Part shown: positions 1 to 7,999 of the stretch, piece by piece
Layout: each line of letters starts with the position of its first letter
Numbering within the stretch: position 1 is the first letter of the stretch
Source of the DNA: Thermodesulfobacteriota bacterium
GTDB lineage: Bacteria; Desulfobacterota; Desulfobulbia; Desulfobulbales; SURF-16
NCBI GenBank assembly: GCA_040755455.1
Contig: JBFMAY010000060.1
Location: 1 to 15,394, forward strand
Reading direction: 5' to 3'
Length of the DNA: 15,394 nucleotides
Position numbers and translations under genes: made by a program
Notes under the pieces: model-generated
Told to the model about the DNA's origin: nothing
What the model saw: only the letters and a program-made list of their open reading frames with translations
The model's database searches: none

Positions 1-369
1 GTCTTTATCCCGGTCGCGGAGCTGATCGGCGGCAAGAATGAGTGCAGCCGGGGTGTCAAAGGAGAAGCCCTTGCAGGAACCGTCTTGGAGCTTGTCCTTG
101 TCCTGGATTTGGTCTTTGTCCCGGTCACGGAGCTGGTCGGCGGCAAGAATGAGTGCAGCCGGGGTATCAAAGGAGAAGCCCTTGCAGGAACCGTCTTGGA
201 GCTTGTCCTTGTCCTGGATTTGGTCTTTGTCCCGGTCGCGGAGCTGATCGGCGGCGAGAATGAGAGCCGCCGGGGTATCAAAGGAGAAGCCCTTGCAGGA
301 ACCGTCTTGGAGCTTGTCCTTATCCTGGATTTGGTCTTTGTCCCGGTCGCGGAGCTGATCGGCGGCGAG
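1..369. repeat. 111-bp coding tandem repeat, about 3.3 units visible
   Basis: Units start at 1, 112, 223 and 334 (gtcttt[a/g]tcccggtc...). They are near-identical, and the array may continue beyond the left edge. Confidence 0.95.
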
Positions 370-435
370 AGCTGTTCCTGAGAAGGTTGTGAGGGCGAGC
401 GCCGCTGTGAAAAGAATTGCTGTACGTTTGATCAT
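1..435 (-). CDS. Secreted 37-aa tandem-repeat protein (3' end truncated by window edge; not in ORF track)
   Basis: ATG at 435-433 with AGGAGG Shine-Dalgarno upstream on the minus strand; the frame stays open to base 1. Manual translation: MIKRTAILFTAALALTTFSGTALA (Sec signal peptide, ALA cleavage site), then (ADQLRDRDKDQIQDKDKLQDGSCKGFSFDTPAALILA)x3, then ADQLRDRDKD. All nucleotide differences I found between repeat units are synonymous in this frame. Confidence 0.9.
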   Translation of the reverse strand, partial: MIKRTAILFTAALALTTFSGTALAADQLRDRDKDQIQDKDKLQDGSCKGFSFDTPAALILAADQLRDRDKDQIQDKDKLQDGSCKGFSFDTPAALILAADQLRDRDKDQIQDKDKLQDGSCKGFSFDTPAALILAADQLRDRDKD

Positions 436-701
436 TCGATTTATCCTCCTGGTAATTGCCGGCAACTGGTCTGATCACGACCGGTTGCCGCCAGGGCTTG
501 CAATGCGGCATTGCTTTTCCGCCGCAAGATTTTTCATGCCCTGGATAGATTTTTGTTGTTTTTCTGGCAGCAAACCCAACGTGGTGCCGCTTTTTTTGCC
601 TCTTTTCCGGAAACGTCGGGCAGTGCGACAGGAATCCCCGGTGTTTGCTCTTTCATGCTGTTCTTGTCATTTTTCGGCCGGCCGAATTGCTGCTGTTTTT
701 T

Positions 702-739
702 CTAACCATCATTGGGTATTTGTGCCCAATGATGGTTAG
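702..739. other. Long inverted repeat in divergent intergenic region
   Basis: ctaaccatcattggg (702-716) and cccaatgatggttag (725-739) are perfect 15-bp arms, extendable by 2 pairs (one G-U). Confidence 0.75.
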
Positions 740-1079
740 GTATAATTGCGCAATGCGTATACGCATATATACGGAAAATGCTGGCAAAAGGTTGCATGCC
801 GGGGCAAAAAGAAATTTCTGCGGCCCGGAAAGGCCAATGAAAATCGGCCCGGGCCGGGGCTGCCAGGAGGAGGATAACCAGCAGCCGGCAGGCGGGAAAG
901 CGGAAACCTGCCATCCTCCGGCAAAGGTTTTGCCTGCGCCTGCCCGGTCAATGGCCGCGCTTTTTGGCTGTCCGGCTGATTTTGCGGTTTTGCTGGCGAC
1001 CCATCTGTGGTAAATGGTTATGCATAATCAACCCTTATTGTCGCGAACCGGGCGAATGTGAACCGTGAAGGATTTTCCC

Positions 1080-1595
1080 ATGCAAAAAATACGCGCATCT
1101 CTCTTCAGCCTGCTGGTGGCCTTTCTCCTCTCATCCTGCGCCGCCATGCACCCGGCGGCCCCGGAGATCAATCTCATGGGCCTGGTCATGGATGAGGTAA
1201 CCTTGAGTCACGTCAACATGGTGGCCAACCTGCGCCTGTTCAACCCCAATGCCGTCACCCTGCGGGTGGAGGGTGTGGAGTACGAACTGCAGCTCAACGG
1301 GGTGAAGGTCTCGGCCGGCAAGTCATTGAACAGTCTGGACGTCCCGGCCAACGACTTCGGCAGCCTGGACCTGCGCCTGTCCAGCGCCTACTGGGACCTC
1401 TTCCGTTTTGTCAATAACATCCAGCAGGGCGAGGAGCTTGATTTTCGCCTCACCGGCAGGGTGCGGGTCGGCGGGCTGGGCATTATCGGGCATACCTTCA
1501 ACTTTGATCATGAGGGGAAAATTCCCTTGTTGAGCAAGGATGGGCGGCCCTCGCCCCTTTTTAACCCCTCCGTCGTGCCGCCCCGTCGGAACTGA
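1080..1595 (+). CDS. LEA type 2 (WHy domain) family lipoprotein
   Basis: MQKIRASLFSLLVAFLLSSC signal with LSSC lipobox; LRLFNPNAVTLRVEGVEYELQLNG is the typical NPN motif of LEA_2/WHy. ATG 1080 has an aagga SD; GTG 1065 is an alternative start. Confidence 0.85.
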   Translation: MQKIRASLFSLLVAFLLSSCAAMHPAAPEINLMGLVMDEVTLSHVNMVANLRLFNPNAVTLRVEGVEYELQLNGVKVSAGKSLNSLDVPANDFGSLDLRLSSAYWDLFRFVNNIQQGEELDFRLTGRVRVGGLGIIGHTFNFDHEGKIPLLSKDGRPSPLFNPSVVPPRRN

Positions 1596-1695
1596 CCCTT
1601 AGCTTTCCGCCGCTGTCGCCGAGGACTTGTCTTGCCCTCCCCGTTTTTCACCTGGCGCCTGAAAAAAAATAAATAGTATTGAGCGGATATTCATT

Positions 1696-1724
1696 TTGAC
1701 ATTTGCCTTGTTTATGAGCATAAT
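1696..1724 (+). promoter_or_regulatory. Sigma70-type promoter of the cytochrome bd-like operon
   Basis: TTGACA (1696-1701), 17-nt spacer, CATAAT (1719-1724), with an A/T-rich UP-like tract upstream (about 1661-1680). Confidence 0.65.
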
Positions 1725-1859
1725 GCCGGATAGGAAACAGGCCGCCGGTCATTGCCTGCGCGTTCATCTCTGCTGAAGACCATCCGCACTCCGCTGGCCA
1801 AAACAAGGCGGGGTATTTCATTTCGTGCACCGCCACAGTTTTCAATAAGGAGGCAAATT

Positions 1860-2930
1860 ATGGACCCTTCTTTCCTGATCCCGGCTCCCGACGCCATCCC
1901 GGTCCACTGGTTTTGGCTGCAGCTCCTGCTCACCATCACCACCTTTCTCCATCTTGTGGCCATGAACATTCTGCTGGGCAGCGGATGCATCGCCCTGGCC
2001 GCCCCCCTTGTCGGCCGGGGCGGGGAAACCGATGCGCTGTGCCGCAACATCGGCGCCAAGCTGCCCTTCATGATGGCCTTCACCATCAATTTCGGCGTCG
2101 CTCCCCTGTTGTTTCTCCAGGTCCTTTACGGCCAGTTCTTCTACACCAGCTCCATCCTGATGGCCGTCTACTGGCTTGCCATCATCGGCCTGCTCATTGC
2201 TGCCTACTATGCCGCCTATATCTTTCACCTCCGCTATGACCAGCTTGGACCAGGGCGCTCGCTGCTGGCCGGGATCATCGTGCTGCTGCTGACAATGGTC
2301 GCCTTTTTTTTCTGCAACAACATCAGCATTATGCAGCTGCCGGAGAGCTGGCTGCGGTACTTTGCCGGCGGCGAGGGCTGGCAGCTGAACCTGGCTGATC
2401 CGGCCCTTGTTCCCCGTTTTCTCCATTTCCTTGCCTCTGCCGCGGCCGTCGGGGGGCTGGCCGTTGCCGTCTATTATGAACGCCAGCGCCGCAAAGGTAA
2501 TGCTGCTGGCGAGTCATGGATATCATATGGCTGCAACTGGTTCACCGTCGCCACCCTCATCAACTTTCCCATCGGCTTCTGGTTTCTGGGGGTGCTGCCA
2601 TCCTTGGCCCATAATGTCGAGACCCTGGCCGGTAAATTGTTCACCGTGGTGCTTTACGGCTCGGTGGCTGCCGCCGTCATCTCGGTGATCCACGCCCAGC
2701 GCCGCCGGGTTTATCCAGCCGCGGGCTGGGCCCTGGGCGCGGTTTTTTTCATGACCCTGGCCCGGGAGTTTGTCCGTATCGCCTATCTCAATCCCTACTT
2801 CAGCCTGGCTGATCTGCCCGTGGCGCCCCAGTACTCGCCGTTGTTCGTTTTTCTGATTTTCCTTGCCGGGGCGGGGGCTCTGGTCTGGTGGATGGTAAAG
2901 ACCGTTTTCTTTGCCCAGGAGGTGAAGTGA
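1860..2930 (+). CDS. Cytochrome bd-like integral membrane subunit (CydA'-type partner subunit)
   Basis: ATG 1860 after AAGGAGG SD. Multi-pass membrane protein with TTFLHLVAMN (helix-1 His), FTINFGVAPLLFLQVLYG, PRFLHFLASA (second His) and LAREFVR. Its TGA overlaps the next ATG (TGATG). Confidence 0.7.
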   Translation: MDPSFLIPAPDAIPVHWFWLQLLLTITTFLHLVAMNILLGSGCIALAAPLVGRGGETDALCRNIGAKLPFMMAFTINFGVAPLLFLQVLYGQFFYTSSILMAVYWLAIIGLLIAAYYAAYIFHLRYDQLGPGRSLLAGIIVLLLTMVAFFFCNNISIMQLPESWLRYFAGGEGWQLNLADPALVPRFLHFLASAAAVGGLAVAVYYERQRRKGNAAGESWISYGCNWFTVATLINFPIGFWFLGVLPSLAHNVETLAGKLFTVVLYGSVAAAVISVIHAQRRRVYPAAGWALGAVFFMTLAREFVRIAYLNPYFSLADLPVAPQYSPLFVFLIFLAGAGALVWWMVKTVFFAQEVK

Positions 2931-4228
2931 TGAATTATCCGGTCTGGCAGCTTGATTTCGCGGGGGGCGGCCTTTTGATTGCCGTCATGGCCATCCTGCA
3001 CGTCTATGTCGCCCATTTTGCCGTGGGTGGGGGGCTGTTTCTGGTGCTGGCCGAACACAAGGGGGTCAGGGAAAACAACCCGGACATTCTGGCCTATGTG
3101 AAGAAGCATACCAAGTTCTTCATGCTGCTCACCATGGTGTTCGGCAGCCTTACCGGGGTCGGCATCTGGTTCACCATATCCCTGCTCAACCCGGCGGCAA
3201 CCTCGGTTTTGATCCACAATTTTGTCTTTGCCTGGGCCACGGAATGGACCTTCTTTGTTGCCGAGATCGTCTCCATCCTGCTCTACTATTACAGTTTTGA
3301 CCGCATCTCATCGCGCCAGCATCTCATCATCGGCTGGATCTATTTCGCCTGCGCCTGGCTGTCGCTCTTTGTCATCAACGGCATCATCGATTTCATGCTC
3401 ACTCCCGGCAGCTGGCTGGATAACGGCAGTTTCTGGAGCGGACTGTTTAATCCCACCTTCTGGCCGGCGCTTTTTTTCCGCACCTTCCTGGCGCTGGTGA
3501 TCGCCGGCCTCTTCGGCTTCCTCACTGCCACGGCGCTGCAGGAGGCGGGCCTGCGCCATAAGATGGTGCGGTTCTGCGCCCTGTGGCTGCTGGCCCCTTT
3601 TGTGCTCCTGCTTGGCTCGGCCTGGTGGTACCGGGCCGCCCTGCCGCCCCAGGTCGAGGAGATGGTGTTCAACAGGATACCGGGACTCCAGCCGTACATG
3701 CGCACCTTTGTCATCTGCTCGCCCCTGCTCATCTTCGGCGGCCTGCTGATGGCCGTCCGCACCCCGGCGGCGGTCAGGCGGTCGCTGGCAGCGGGCATGC
3801 TGCTCATCGGTCTCATCTACATCGGGGCCTTTGAGTTTATCCGGGAGGGCGGCAGGAAGCCATACATCATCCAGGACTACATGTACGCCAATGCGCTGTT
3901 AAAAGAGGAAATACCCGCGGTTGGGCAAAACGGCATCCTGAAGTCGGCCAGATGGGCCCGCCTGAGCAATATAGGGGATGATCCGGGCAGGGCCGGCGAG
4001 GAGATCTTCAATCTGACCTGTCTTTCCTGTCACTCGGTGGGCGGCCCGTTACGGGATATGAGAAAACGGGCCGCGCAGATGTCGCACCAGGGGCTGGAGT
4101 TTGTCATCTCCGCCATGGGCAAGCAGCTGCCCTACATGCCGCCCTTTGCCGGCACTGATGAGGAAAAAAAGGCCCTGATCTTTTATCTGCACCGGTCGTT
4201 GCTGAATAAACCCGCGTCGGGTGATTGA
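2930..4228 (+). CDS. Cytochrome bd subunit I (CydA)-like protein fused to a C-terminal monoheme cytochrome c domain
   Basis: CydA-like motifs ILHVYVAHFAVGGG, WATEWTFFVAE, INGIIDFMLTP and FEFIREGGRKPY (compare GRQPW). C-terminal CLSCH heme c motif (4019-4033) with a distal YMPPF Met. ATG 2930 has an AGGAGG SD and is coupled to the upstream stop. Confidence 0.8.
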   Translation: MNYPVWQLDFAGGGLLIAVMAILHVYVAHFAVGGGLFLVLAEHKGVRENNPDILAYVKKHTKFFMLLTMVFGSLTGVGIWFTISLLNPAATSVLIHNFVFAWATEWTFFVAEIVSILLYYYSFDRISSRQHLIIGWIYFACAWLSLFVINGIIDFMLTPGSWLDNGSFWSGLFNPTFWPALFFRTFLALVIAGLFGFLTATALQEAGLRHKMVRFCALWLLAPFVLLLGSAWWYRAALPPQVEEMVFNRIPGLQPYMRTFVICSPLLIFGGLLMAVRTPAAVRRSLAAGMLLIGLIYIGAFEFIREGGRKPYIIQDYMYANALLKEEIPAVGQNGILKSARWARLSNIGDDPGRAGEEIFNLTCLSCHSVGGPLRDMRKRAAQMSHQGLEFVISAMGKQLPYMPPFAGTDEEKKALIFYLHRSLLNKPASGD

Positions 4229-4276
4229 GCGGGGGGATTGTTTTTCCAGCAGCGCGGCGGCAGCTTCTTGGGTAGA

Positions 4277-4309
4277 GAAAAGGGGAGATCATGCGGATCT
4301 CCCCTTTTC
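4277..4309. terminator. Bidirectional rho-independent terminator
   Basis: Perfect 14-bp inverted repeat gaaaaggggagatc / gatctccccttttc with a 5-nt loop and A/T tracts at both ends, lying between convergent genes. Confidence 0.8.
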
Positions 4310-4343
4310 CTGTTAATGGCGGGTGCTGTCCGCCGCCCGGATT

Positions 4344-4793
4344 TTAGGGATTGCTTGAACGGATAATGAGCAGGGGGCGGTCAACCCGCTGCAGGATACC
4401 GGCCGCCACACTGCCGTAGAAAACCCGGCCCAGGCCGCTGCGGCCGTGGCTGGCCATGGCGATCAGATCGGCGTTTTCCTGTTTGGCTATTTCGATGATC
4501 ACCTCAACCGGCTGGCCCCGCATGATCCGGGTGGTTACCTGGATATTCTGCTGTTCAAATTTTTCCTGCACGCCCTTAAGGTAGGATTCCGCGGTGTTGT
4601 TCTGTCTTGCAAGTTCTTCATCCTTCTTGCTCACGGCTGAAACTTCCAGGTCGCCGGTGTAGACAAGTTTTTCCTCGACCGCTTTCAGCAGGATAACCTT
4701 TGCCGAAAATTTCCTGGCGAGTTCAACAACATGGCTTAAAATGACCTCGGCTCGTTCCGAGCCGTCAAGTGGTACGAGTATGGTGTCATACAT
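4344..4793 (-). CDS. Universal stress protein (Usp family)
   Basis: MYDTILVPLDGS N-terminus and DLIAMASHGRSGLGRVFYGSVAAGIL C-terminal Usp motif. ATG at 4793 with an AAAGGAG SD. Confidence 0.93.
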   Translation of the reverse strand: MYDTILVPLDGSERAEVILSHVVELARKFSAKVILLKAVEEKLVYTGDLEVSAVSKKDEELARQNNTAESYLKGVQEKFEQQNIQVTTRIMRGQPVEVIIEIAKQENADLIAMASHGRSGLGRVFYGSVAAGILQRVDRPLLIIRSSNP

Positions 4794-5040
4794 GGCCGTC
4801 TCCTTTGCCAATGCTTCTCGGCGGGGAAAATTGTTTGTAATGAAATTAATATATTATGAGTTGTCCATGGATTGCAAGATGATAAAATCATGCACTCCCT
4901 TTCTTCTTTGCCTGGCCCGGCCCTGGAGCCTCCCGCGCTGATGGCGCCCCAGCAAAGAGTTGATGCCCGGCCATGGAATTTGGCATAGTGGAACTAGCGG
5001 TTACTTCAGGGAAATAACGAAAAAAAACGGGCGGGCGGCG

Positions 5041-6732
5041 ATGAAAAGAAATTCCATCATCAGAGAGCAGCTTGAGCAGGAGCTGGCCGACATGCGGGTC
5101 TCCATGCAGGCCCTGGAAAAGTGCCGCGAGGCGCTGGAGAAGAGCAAGAGCGACTATCAGCGGCTGCTGGAAACAGCGCCTGACGCCATGGTCTTTGTTA
5201 ATAGGCAGGGCACCATCGTGCTGGTCAATGCCCAGCTGGAGGCAATGTTCGGTTTTGCCCCGGGAGAGCTGATCGGCCAGGATTTGGGCTGTCTGATCCC
5301 GGAACGCTTCCGGGAAAAGCACCGGAAACTGCTGGCGCGTTATTTTGACAAACCAGGTTCGCGGCCCATGGGCCTCATTTATGAAATCTACGGCCTGCGC
5401 AGGAACGGCATGGAATTCCCGGCAGATATCAGTCTCAGCTGCCTGCAGATGGGCGATGAAGCGGTGGCCGCGGCCTCGGTCCGGGACATCACCGAACGCA
5501 AACAGATCGAGGAAAGGCTGGAACACAATTATTTTATTCAGCGGGTGACCAGCTCGGTGCTGAAAATCGCCCTGGAGCCGTTGTCCCTTGATGAGCAGTT
5601 TGACCGCATCCTTGATCTGACCCTGACCCTGCCCCATCTTTCCCTGCAGTCCAAAGGCGGGATCTGTCTGGTCGAGGAAGGGTCCGGCGACCTGGTGATG
5701 AAAGCCGTCCGCGGTTTCGGCCCCGCGGAGCGGCCGCCATGTCTGCGCATTGCCCAGGGTCAGTGCCTGTGCGGCAAGGCGGTGGCCACCGGCAAGGTGA
5801 TCTTCACTGATTGCGCGGAGGAGGGCCATGAGCTCGACCCCCTGCCGTTTCCCCATGGCCACTACTGCATCCCCATTGTCTCCGGCGAGCGCTCCCTTGG
5901 TCTGCTCAACGTTTTTGTCAAGGAAGGGCACAAGAGAAAGGAGTCAGAAGAGGAATTTCTGGTGGCCATCGCCAACACCCTGGCCGGCATCATAGAACGG
6001 CGCAGGGCGAACGAGGAAAAAGCCATGCTGCAGGAGCAGCTCATGCAGGCGGAAAAGATGGTGGCCTTGGGCCGCCTGACCGCCAATGTGGCCCATGAGA
6101 TACGCAATCCCCTGACCGCGGTGGGCGGTTTTGCCAGACGGCTGCAGAAAAACGCGGCACTGGGGAGCAGGGAAAAGGAGTATGTTGCGATCATTGTGGC
6201 TGAGGTGGGCCGGCTGGAAAAGATACTGAACAACGTGCTGATCATTTCCAAGGGCGCGGAGCTGGCAAAAGAGTATCAAGACATCCATGCCCTGCTTGAC
6301 GAGGTATTGCGGCTGTATGAGTTCCTGTGCCGGGAGCGGTCCATCATGGTCACCAGGACCTACCGGCTTGCCTCGCCGGAGATGCTGATCGACCGGGAAC
6401 ATGTACGGGAGGCGGTCATGAATGTGGTGGCCAATGCCATCGATTCCATGCCCAGGGGCGGCAGGCTGCTGGTCGGCACCGGCCAGGAAACCGTCGAGGG
6501 CCGGCCCTTTATCGATATCGCCATCCAGGACAGCGGCGGGGGTATTCCGGCGGAACAGCTGAAAATGATCTTTGAACCCTTCTTCACCACCAAGGGGCCG
6601 CAGAAGGGAACCGGCCTGGGGCTGGTGCTCGCCAAAAAGGTGGTGGAAGACCACGGCGGCTTCATCCGGGTCAAAAGCAAGGTGGGTGAGGGGACCACCC
6701 TGCATCTTCTGTTGCCGGCAGACCAGCAGTGA
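5041..6732 (+). CDS. Cytoplasmic PAS-GAF sensor histidine kinase (HisKA/HATPase_c)
   Basis: PAS (LLETAPDAMVFVNRQG...GMEFPADISLS...RDITERK), GAF, H-box VAHEIRNPL, N-box NVVANAIDSM, DSGGGI, FEPFFTTK and GTGLGL. No transmembrane segment. Start codon uncertain (5041 ATG versus 4960). Confidence 0.9.
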   Translation: MKRNSIIREQLEQELADMRVSMQALEKCREALEKSKSDYQRLLETAPDAMVFVNRQGTIVLVNAQLEAMFGFAPGELIGQDLGCLIPERFREKHRKLLARYFDKPGSRPMGLIYEIYGLRRNGMEFPADISLSCLQMGDEAVAAASVRDITERKQIEERLEHNYFIQRVTSSVLKIALEPLSLDEQFDRILDLTLTLPHLSLQSKGGICLVEEGSGDLVMKAVRGFGPAERPPCLRIAQGQCLCGKAVATGKVIFTDCAEEGHELDPLPFPHGHYCIPIVSGERSLGLLNVFVKEGHKRKESEEEFLVAIANTLAGIIERRRANEEKAMLQEQLMQAEKMVALGRLTANVAHEIRNPLTAVGGFARRLQKNAALGSREKEYVAIIVAEVGRLEKILNNVLIISKGAELAKEYQDIHALLDEVLRLYEFLCRERSIMVTRTYRLASPEMLIDREHVREAVMNVVANAIDSMPRGGRLLVGTGQETVEGRPFIDIAIQDSGGGIPAEQLKMIFEPFFTTKGPQKGTGLGLVLAKKVVEDHGGFIRVKSKVGEGTTLHLLLPADQQ

Positions 6733-6867
6733 GCTTGCAGCAGTCCCGTCATATCCCCGCCCTGGGCACGGTATATCCGGCGGCAGCAGGGGCGGGTTTT
6801 ATGCCTGCGCCCTGGTGCCAGGTCCCAGGTCGTCGTTGTGAATTTACCATGAGGAAAGGTTGATTCC

Positions 6868-7986
6868 ATGCAAAAGAGTGCGGATAAAGGTGATAATCTG
6901 ATGGAAATCAGCATCCTGCAGGGTGCGGTGGAAAACGCCAATGAGGCCTTTGTGACCATTGATCAGCAGTCCACGGTGATTTTCTTCAACCGGTCGGCGG
7001 AGCGGATGTTTGGTTACAAGAGGTGCGAGGTCATCGGCCGCAATCTGGCCGAGATCCTGGGGCCCGGCTGCAGGGAAGGCCATCAGCGGGCCGTGGCCCA
7101 ATACGTGAAAACACGCAAGGGGACACTCATCGGCCATGAGAGCGAGTTTCAGGCCATGCGGCAAAACGGCGAGACATTCCCGGCCGCCATTTCCTTTTCC
7201 GTGACCGAGGTGAACGATCAGTGTTTTTTCACCGGCATTGTCCGGGAACTCACCGAAACCAAGGCGCTGCATGAGCAGATCGTGCAGGCGGAACGGCTGG
7301 CGGCCCTGGGCCAGATGGTGGCCGAGATCAGTCACGAGATCAAGAATCCCCTGGTGATGATCGGCGGTTTTGCACGGCAGCTGCTGAAAAAGATCAGCGG
7401 CGCAAAGGAACAGGCCAAGCTCGGGGTGATCGTCAGTGAAGTGGAACGGCTGGAGAAGCTGCTGGCCGATCTCAAGGATCTCTACCGGCCCCGGCGGCTC
7501 AATCTCGTCAAGTTCGACGTAGATGAGCTGTTGCAGGAGGTGTGTACGCTGACCATAGCCAATATGAAAAACGACGCCATAACCATCCGCTGCCAGGCAG
7601 AACCGGGCGCCAAGCTGATCAGCGGCGACCGGGACAAATTAAAGCAGGTCCTGCTCAATCTGGTCAAGAACGGCGCGGAAGCCATGTCCGGGCCGGGCAC
7701 CGTTGCCGTGGCGTCAAGGCTTGCGGGCGACAACATCCTCGTCGCTATTACCGACAGCGGCCAAGGCATTCCGGCCAGTCTCAGGGAGAAGATCTTTTCC
7801 CCTTTTTTCACCACCAAGGAGCACGGCACCGGCCTTGGTCTCTGCATCTCGAAAAGAATTGTCGATGAACACCCAGGCGGCCTGTTTTCCCTGGAAAGCG
7901 AGGAAGGCAAGGGCACGACCGTGACCATCACCCTGCCGCTGCAGGCCGGGCCCTGCCTGCAGCAGGTCGGACAACCCAATAAATAG
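6868..7986 (+). CDS. Cytoplasmic PAS sensor histidine kinase
   Basis: FixL-like PAS, H-box ISHEIKNPL, NLVKNGAEAM, DSGQGI, FSPFFTTK and GTGLGL. Alternative start at ATG 6901. Confidence 0.9.
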   Translation: MQKSADKGDNLMEISILQGAVENANEAFVTIDQQSTVIFFNRSAERMFGYKRCEVIGRNLAEILGPGCREGHQRAVAQYVKTRKGTLIGHESEFQAMRQNGETFPAAISFSVTEVNDQCFFTGIVRELTETKALHEQIVQAERLAALGQMVAEISHEIKNPLVMIGGFARQLLKKISGAKEQAKLGVIVSEVERLEKLLADLKDLYRPRRLNLVKFDVDELLQEVCTLTIANMKNDAITIRCQAEPGAKLISGDRDKLKQVLLNLVKNGAEAMSGPGTVAVASRLAGDNILVAITDSGQGIPASLREKIFSPFFTTKEHGTGLGLCISKRIVDEHPGGLFSLESEEGKGTTVTITLPLQAGPCLQQVGQPNK

Positions 7987-7999
7987 GGGGAGCGGACCG

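Noticed and set aside
1..369. Possible CRISPR array or non-coding repeat
   Set aside because: There are no unique spacers. The 111-bp period is a multiple of 3 and the variation is synonymous in a minus-strand ORF with SD and signal peptide.
38..381. Plus-strand ORFs 38-247 and 85-381
   Set aside because: They are antisense shadows of the repeat protein. In 85-381 the unit differences are non-synonymous, and neither has features as convincing as the minus-strand frame.
782..795. Possible sigma54 promoter TGGCAAAAGGTTGC
   Set aside because: The GG-to-GC spacing is one base short of the strict -24/-12 requirement.
702..914. 70-aa minus-strand ORF with a signal-peptide-like N-terminus (RLLVILLLAAPARA)
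   Set aside because: GGAGG abuts the ATG with no spacing, and the C-terminal half runs through palindromic, regulatory-looking DNA. It could be a gene remnant but cannot be supported.
1752..1859. N-terminal extensions given by the ORF track (1752; likewise 2888 and 4811)
   Set aside because: Downstream ATGs at 1860, 2930 and 4793 have strong SD sequences and family-typical N-termini.
4888..5931. 347-aa minus-strand ORF and other ORFs antisense to the kinases
   Set aside because: They are shadows of the well-supported histidine kinase genes.
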